This document shows positions 56,796 through 64,000 of a stretch of 64,000 bases of DNA, piece by piece; within the stretch, counting starts at the first letter, position 1; each line of letters begins with the position of its first letter. Made by a program: the position numbers and the translations under genes. The stretch comes from the human T2T-CHM13v2.0 reference genome, Homo sapiens. The notes beneath the pieces were generated by a model. The model had not been told where the DNA came from. It worked only from the letters and a program-made list of their open reading frames with translations, and made no database searches. Location: assembly GCF_009914755.1 (NCBI RefSeq), contig NC_060927.1; one strand, 5' to 3'.

Positions 56796-59718
56796 TTGCC
56801 AGGTGGGCATACAGAGATAACTGAGACAATTAAAAACCTGGAGGAGGTGCAGATAGTGTGTGGCACCCACAGCCCCTACAATTCTCCAGTGTGGCCAGTT
56901 AGAAAGCCTAATGGAACTTGTTGGATGATGGTGGACTATTGGGAACTGAATAAAGTAACACCCCCTTTGCATGCAGCTGTACTGTCAATCATGGATTTGA
57001 TGGACTGTTTGATGACAGAACTGGGACAGTATCACTATGAAGTGGACTTGGCCAATGCATTTTTCTCCATTGACATTGCTCCAGAGACCCAGGAACAGTT
57101 TGCCTTCATGTGGGATAGGCAACAATGGACTTTCACAGTGTTGCTGCAGGGCTATGTGCATAGCCCCACCATATGTCATGGTCTAGTTGCAACAGATTTA
57201 GCTGCCTGGCAATGTCCAGAAGGGGTCCACCTATTCCATTATATTGATGATATCATGTTAACCTCTGATTCTCTTGCAGATTTAGAAGTGGTGGCACCCC
57301 TCTTGCAGCAACATGTAGCAGCATACGGTTGGGCCATCAATGAATCCAAGGTCCAAGGGCCTGGATTAGCTGCCAAATTCTTGGGAGTTATCTGGTCAGG
57401 TAAGACAAAGGCCATCCCAGAGGCTATGATTGATAAGATTCAGGCATATCCCTGGCCCACCACAGTGAAGAAGCTGCAGATTTTTGTGGGGCTCCTGGGA
57501 TATCAGCGGGCATTTGTGTCCTTTTTAGCTCAAATGATAAAATTGTTGCATTGGTTAACAAAGAAGGGAGCTCCCTGGGATTGGGATGATGCGGCTGAGA
57601 CCGCCTTCCTGGCAGCCAAGCTGGCTATTCAGCAGGCACAAGCCCTATGGGTAGTTGACTTGGGGCACCCATTTGAGCTGGATGTGCATGTGACCACAGA
57701 TGGTTTCGGCTGGGGGGCCTGTGGCAGTGCATAGAGTGCTTGCAAGTGCCAGTAGGCTTTTGGTCCCAACTATGGAAGGGAGATGAGCTCCAGTATTCCC
57801 TGATAGAGAAACGCTAGCAGCTATATATGCTGCCCTTCAAGCTGTGAGAGTGTGACAGGATGGGCTGCAGTCGTCGTGTGGATAACTTACCCAATAGTGA
57901 GATGGGTGCATTCATGGGTAACGACCCCCCAGACTGGGACGGTGCAGACATCCACTTTGGCAAAGTGGGGTGCCTACGTGGAGCAGCAGGGTACACTGAG
58001 TACAAACCCCTTAGCAGCAGAGTTGCAAGAGGTCTTGGGACCTGTAGTCCTAATGCAAGATAAGGCCATGGGGCCTGAGGCAGCCCTAGACCCTGAGCCT
58101 TCACCATTTAAGGAAGGGCATCCCTCCATTCCTGATGGGGCATGGTAAACAGATGGGTCTAACTGAGGTGCTACTGCAGCCTGGACTGCCGTTGCAGTCC
58201 AACCTTGTACTGACACCATATGGTTGAAACCGGGTGTGAACAAAATAGCCAATGGGCTGAACTTAGAGCAGCATGGATGGTGATCACAAAGGAGGTGACA
58301 CCTATGGTAATCTGTACCAATAGCTGGGTGGTCTCTCGAGGCTTAACCTTGTGGTAACTACCTGGCAAATACAGAAGTGGCTAGTTGGCCACTCACCCAT
58401 TTGGGGCCAAGCCACGTGGCAAGACCTCTGGGAAATGGATCATCAGAAAGAGGTAATTATTTATCACGTGTCAGGCCATATGCCTTTGGCCACCCCTGGC
58501 AAGGATGAAGCAGATGCCTTGGCCAAGGTCTGATGGTTAGATTCAGCACCTCCACAAGATGTGGCTTTGTGGCTACACTGGAAACTGGGACGTGTGGGGG
58601 GTAAACTGATGCAACATGTCAATAAGTGTTGGGGTCTGTATCTGCCCGTACAAGATATTTGTGAGGCTTGTCAGAAATGTCGGGCATGTACTCAGGCATA
58701 CCTTAAACAGAGGCAGCTGCCCAGTGTTACATAAGTGACGATAGGGCGAGTGCCCTTGACCAGGTGGCAAGTAGACTACAAGGGTATATGCATACACTAC
58801 AGCTGTGGACACGGCTGCAAGCCTGTTGTTCACCTACCCTTGCAGGATGGCCAACCAACAGAACACCATCTGGCCTCTGCAACACTTAGGTGCCCTGTAT
58901 CGTCACCCTCTGGCCATTGAGATTGATAGGGGAGCACATTTCACTGGAAAACAGGTATAAGAATGGGCACAAGAAATGGACATAAAGTGGGGATTCCATG
59001 TGTCATACAACCTGCAAGCTGCAGATATGATTGAGCGATGTAACAGGCTCTTGAAGAATGGGTTACGCTTGCCTGTCACACCCTCGTCTTTGCGGGGCTG
59101 GAGTTCCAGGCTGGACCTGATGCACCAAACCTTGAATGAATAGCCACAGAAAGGTGGCCTGGCCCCAGTGGAGGCTTTGTTACACCAGGCCACCACCCTC
59201 ATTCAGTTACAGATACATACCAAGGATGACCTCCCCTGACCAGGTATGGGGATGAACGGTAACCTGCCGTGATGAATGTTGCTTGCCCCAACACCCCTGA
59301 AGGCGAGGGAACAGAAAACCTGGCTGTGGCCATGGACCCTCCAAGCCCCCACTGTGGTGGTTGCCATTGTAGCTCCCTTGGGGGAGGGCCTACAGTATGA
59401 CTTGCTTGTCATTCCTTGGGTGTTCAATGCATAGTCCCCACGGTTGACTGTTCATAGGGGAATGGCCAGGGAAGGAACCCTCCTCAGGGGACATATGTAC
59501 TGTCTGTGTGGCATGTTATGAGCTCCCCCGTGACTTTTGCATGGAGACGGGACTCAAAGGAACCATGGGGAGCTGAGAAAGTATGGTACCATCTCCCAGG
59601 GCAAAAGCTCATGGTGACCACGTTGTTATCCAGGGATGAAAGTTTAGCTTGTATTTTGCCTGAGGGACGTGATTTACCTCTGTTAGTACCTGTGCCTGCT
59701 CTATCATTTTGGCTATAG
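56796..59718 (+). pseudogene. pol: pol: RT (open 312-codon stretch 56796-57734), tether/RNase H, integrase, C-terminal domains
   Basis: YNSPVWPVRK, DLANAFFSI, QFAF, LLQGYVHSP, HYIDDI, KFLG; RNase H W*TDGS, QWAELRA, HVSGH..DEADALA; integrase CQKCRAC, WQVDY, IDRGAHFT, MIERCNRLLK. Confidence 0.93.
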
Positions 59719-60890
59719 GTTAACATGCTCCAACTGCATTGTGGACTGGGCCCACACCTACGCTGAAGTGACCAATGTTTCCAACTCTTTGATCTGTACC
59801 ACCCTTCCAGCAGCAGCTGCGGACTGCTTGCCTTGGCACATACACCCCGTGTCTTCAGTGAACTGGACATGGTTGGAGACTTGGGGCCCCATGGCTGATG
59901 CCTCAAATGCAATGCAGCAAGCTTTGGACAAAGGCTGCCACAAGGCCCATGGTGCACCCACCCCCTGGCTGGCCCATAGTGTTTATAATGGGTGGGGCTG
60001 CCTAATGGGGGAACATGTAGTACCCCCAGCCCAGGTGCCATGATGCATAGAGCAACATTGGGGTAACACCACTGTGGGATGCCTACCCATCACAGTCTGT
60101 GTAAACATAACACATGTCACCATATCGAAGGTATGGTGGAACAAGTGGCCCCACCAAGGTTGGTCCCCGATAGATGTTGTGCCCCCGGGGAGTTTATGGA
60201 TCTGTGGGGACACAGGGTGGCCTTACCTACCAGCACACTGGACTGGACATTGTACCTGGGGGTGGCCTTATGTACCTGCCACCCCCATGCCACCTGCCAT
60301 GTGTTTTCCCCACATTGCCCAGATACCCGCATAAATGGGAGGCACTACACTCTCAGTTTTTGTGAGTGCAACAAGCCCCCTGATGGTTGGCAATGACTAT
60401 CCCTGGAGCAGGTGTCATAACTGTAGAAGCACAAGTTACTGCTCTTGCAGAGCACAGCACTCGGGCTCTGAATTACATCTGAGTGGCCCTCCTGTTAACA
60501 GATGAGGTTGATCAGATCAGAAAGGTTTTGTGGCAAAATCGAATGGCCTTAGACATAGTAATAGCTTCCCAAGGAGGCACCTGTGCCTTTTAAGGAACAC
60601 AATGTTGTACCTTTATCCCTGACAATCAGCAGAACATAACAGTAGCTCTGCAACAGGTCTCATGGGAGAGTAAGGTGGTCCAGAGCCTTACTGATGACCC
60701 CCTGCAGAAATAGTGGGCATCCCTAGGCTCTGGCCTACTCTGGGCCCTAATAGTCATAAGTAGCATAGCTGGGATCCTAGTAGTGAGCTGTTGCTCTCTG
60801 TATTGTTGTTATTGTTATTGTTATGGATGCAGGGCTCTGCCCTACAGGCACATGTCCCTGCCCAGAGGGCACTCTCAGCCTAGGGGGTAG
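59636..60890 (+). pseudogene. env: Gamma-type env remnant
   Basis: NVSNSLICTTLP (decayed CXXC), WICG..GWPYLP.HWTGHCTWG, ISD WQNRMALDIVIASQGGTC, CAF*GTQCC (CX6CC), TM anchor WALIVISSIAGILVV. Confidence 0.9.
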
Positions 60891-60892
60891 AG

Positions 60893-61232
60893 TGTAAGGG
60901 AAATGGCTAAGCTTTAGTCAGGAGTAGGCTGAAGTGCCCTTCCAGCGCAGCATGACTCATCTGGTTTGGAGTGCAGGTGCACAACCCCACACATTATGTA
61001 ACCACACCATGTGAGGTGCATTAGGTATCACCCACGTGATCTTGTGCTTAGCTCGAAGCTACTGTTGTCTGTAAAATGTATAATTACCCTGCTAACGCTG
61101 TACATATAGCTTGCTCATGCCCAGAGAGAGAGAGTAAAGCCACGTCAAAACTGTCTACGATTCCTTGAGTGTTTTTGCAGCTACCCACCACTTGCCCACT
61201 GACTCCCCTTGGACCTCAGTTAGAACCTGACA
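60893..61232 (+). mobile_element. 3' LTR (LTR18-like), preceded by the PPT agggggtagag (60882-60892)
   Basis: tgtaagggaaatggct...gaacctgaca. Confidence 0.92.
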
Positions 61233-62158
61233 TTTTATAAATGAGGAAAACAGTTTAGAAGTTTAGTTACTTATGGCTGGTAAGTGGCAATGCCAGGATT
61301 TAAACTTAGTTCTGTTTGTCTCCTGAACCAAAGTCTTTAACCACTACACTGTACTGCTGAATATTTTATTTAGTAGATTCACTTTTGCAAATGATTCTAA
61401 TCACTCATTACTTTTTGAATTCTAAGTTTTACCCTCATCATGTGTGCTCTCTACCTCCTAAGGATATCTAGTACAGTTGTTTTCAAACTTGGTTAGGTAT
61501 CAGAATCACCTACTTGAATATGCTTCATTCACTTTGTAGATATTTCTGATATATACCAAATTTTGAGAACCATTGAGTCTGTTAGAATAAGGTTCAGCTA
61601 TAATGAACAGAAATAGTGCTATAAACTAGTTTCTTTTTCTCCCCCATTAAGAAGCCCAGAATAGTCATTCTAGAGCTGGTATCGAGCTTGGTGTGGGGAA
61701 CAAGACTCCTTTTACTTTCTTTGTTTTGTGTGGCTTCCATTCTTCTAAAGTCATCTCAGTGACCAATTGCCTGTTGGAGCTTCATCTACATCTGCATTCT
61801 AGCTAGCAAGAAGGTGGAAGGGTGGAAGAATACATACCTTCTCTTTAATGATTGTCAGGAATATGCACCACTTCCACTTAATCCCATGGGTCAGAATTGA
61901 AACATACAGCCATGCCCTCCTGCAAGGAAGGCTGGGAAAAGTGGTCTTTATTCTGTGTGGCTACGTAGGCAGCTAAAAATTAGACATTCTCTTATGATGG
62001 AGGAATTAGGAGGAATAAACCTTCAAGAATAATTAATCTCTGTCACACTCAGCAGGGAGGAAAATTTACCTAATCCTTATATCTACATTTGACCATGAGA
62101 CCTAAGAGAAATTCTTTCTATAAGAGGTTTTTAGATCTCATAATGAAGGTGGCTAAGG

Positions 62159-64000
62159 CAGTGGCTCTCAAACTCTGCTGCACATTAGAATCAACTGGGA
62201 TCTTACAAACTAATGATGCCTGACTTCCACACCCAATCATTCTGACTTAGTTGGTATGAAATAGAACCTAGACATTAGGGTATTTAAAAGCCCCCCATAA
62301 TGATTCTGATTTGCAGGAAAAGTTTGGACTAAAGCGGGGGAAACACTCCTAAATCTTTTCCTTAACTCTATCACAGGATCTTCAACCTAAGATACAAGTA
62401 GTGTGGATAAGATCCACTGAGTGTTGTTTTGCTCCATTGATGGGCTCCTATTTTTTCCTGTGCCATTGACATCTCAGCAGTTGAACTAGTGAATGTTACT
62501 GGTAATAAAGTTACATGTGACCAGGGAAGATTCATTATCGGTATCGCAAAAGACAAAGACAACTCAGACGATATGTCCTACTCACAAAAGCCAGTGACAT
62601 TTTCATGTACAAAGAACACATTTTAGTTGTAGCTATATTTATACACATGTTATTTGTATGTGGCATGAAAATAGCTATTTTGGTTTTCTGTGTGTGCACG
62701 CATGTAGCAGGACCCAGACACAGTAGTGAATCATCCTTAAGTACAGCATTTACATTTTAAACACAGGAACCTATTCAAATCAAATGTGGAAGGCCCTCTC
62801 TATTTGGCAGTATATTTGTCATCCGGAAGCTCAAAATAGCCTTTTAGAGATCTAAGCAGTTTGAGCTAGTGGCATCTCAACCTATTACTAGCTGTCAGAT
62901 ATTTTATCCATTCAAGCAGATAGGTGGGCAAAGGTTATGTTTTCTTTGAATTGCTAATGCAGAGGTCTGCCTTTTAAGTTGAGATGTGAAATGAGAAGAG
63001 GAGTAAAAGAGGAAATTCTCAAAGACGAAAGCTAGATAGGTCATTTCATTCACCTCTTCACCTTCAGAAAGAATGACATTAAAACATTCTAAACAGGTGA
63101 GAATCTATACTATTTTTATAGCTCTTCAATGACAGGATTGCACAACCACATTCCTACCATACCACATTTCATTGCAACAATTTGCAGCTAGGAAATTTCT
63201 TTTTACATCTAACCCAAGGATTCTGACCAGGTTGATCCCATTTCCTCCTCGCTGTTCTTCAGAGGGACAACACCATTCTTTTATAAAATTATCTTGGTAC
63301 TTACATAATTACATTAATCTTCAGGTTTCTCTTTTACAATCCAAATACTAATAACATCCCTTCACACCTTCCTTTTAAATAGTTTTCAAATATAATCAGC
63401 TTTGCAGCAATCTTCTTTTAACCTAGGGGTTCCCAGACTTGTTTGCACATTAGAATCATCTGAGGAGCTTCAAAAACTACTGATGCCTGTGTCCCACCCC
63501 CAGAGATTCTGATTTAAGTGTCTGGAGTATGTACTAAAGTGGAGATTTTTTAAAAAGATTCTCAAGTGCTTCAAAAGTGCATCAAGTTCAGAAACCACTA
63601 TCTGAACCTGCTGCAGCCTATTACCCACTTCTCCTTCTGTTTGCTAATAGAACCTTGATAATAGTCCCAGATAAGAAATCATGACTGGCCTAAAACTGTG
63701 GTTTCCAGTTCTGCTACCATTAGAATCACCTGGAGAGCTTTGACTATACGGAAGCCTGGACTCCACCAACAAATTAAATCAGAACATCTGGGGGTGGGAC
63801 CAGGAAACGGTATCTTTAAAAATGCTCTCCAAATGTTTTTAATGCACCACCAGGGTTGAGAGCCATTGGTGGAGGTCAGTGACTCTCAAAGTGTTTTTTA
63901 AAGTCCGGAAGCATCCGCATCAACTGAGATATTTAAATAATACAAATTCTTAGGTCCAAACCCAGGCCTACTGAATCAGCATCTCTGGGGGGTGGAGCCC
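62159..64000. mobile_element. Cluster of MER5A/B (hAT-Charlie) MITEs (about 62159-62330, 63424-63600, 63697-63868, 63877-64000)
   Basis: Repeated cagtgg.tctcaaa, cacattagaatca.ctgg, ctactgaatcag.atctctgggg and gttgagagccattg motifs. Confidence 0.75.

Larger units (their letters stand above)
55021..61232 (+). mobile_element. Near full-length defective HERV-S/HERVL18-type (class III) provirus, about 6.2 kb
   Basis: Direct LTRs, Ser PBS, gag, DTG protease, YIDD RT, RNase H, integrase, env with ISD and CX6CC, PPT. Confidence 0.92.

Noticed and set aside
55416-60890. APOBEC3 hypermutation of the provirus (several TGG to TAG/TGA)
   Set aside because: Stops also arise from CGA to TGA and CAA to TAA, and many Trp codons survive; CpG decay and age explain the pattern.

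Overview
Repeat-dense primate (human-like) genomic DNA with no host protein-coding gene that I can support; almost all long ORFs in the track come from Alu, L1, THE1 or ERV sequence. The main elements are: (1) a near-complete, defective class III provirus of the HERV-S/HERVL18 type (55021-61232) with two LTR18-like LTRs, a tRNA-Ser PBS, gag-pro-pol and a gamma-type env; (2) a full THE1A MaLR element plus two THE1 solo LTRs and an MLT2 fragment in the first 8 kb; (3) two 5'-truncated L1s with TSDs, many old L1M/L2/MIR fragments, nine Alus, Tigger3- and Tigger4-type DNA transposons and MER5 MITEs; (4) a small CpG-rich promoter-like region at about 40.7-41.1 kb. The best unexplained signals are a probable degenerate dUTPase-fold relic inside the HERV-S pol, a ~200-bp-arm non-Alu inverted duplication at 14.3-15.0 kb with neighbouring local duplications, and a tandem duplication in which one copy has grown a compound microsatellite. 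I found no convincing novel multi-gene system. Repeat subfamily names come from recalled consensus sequences and need RepeatMasker/Dfam confirmation.
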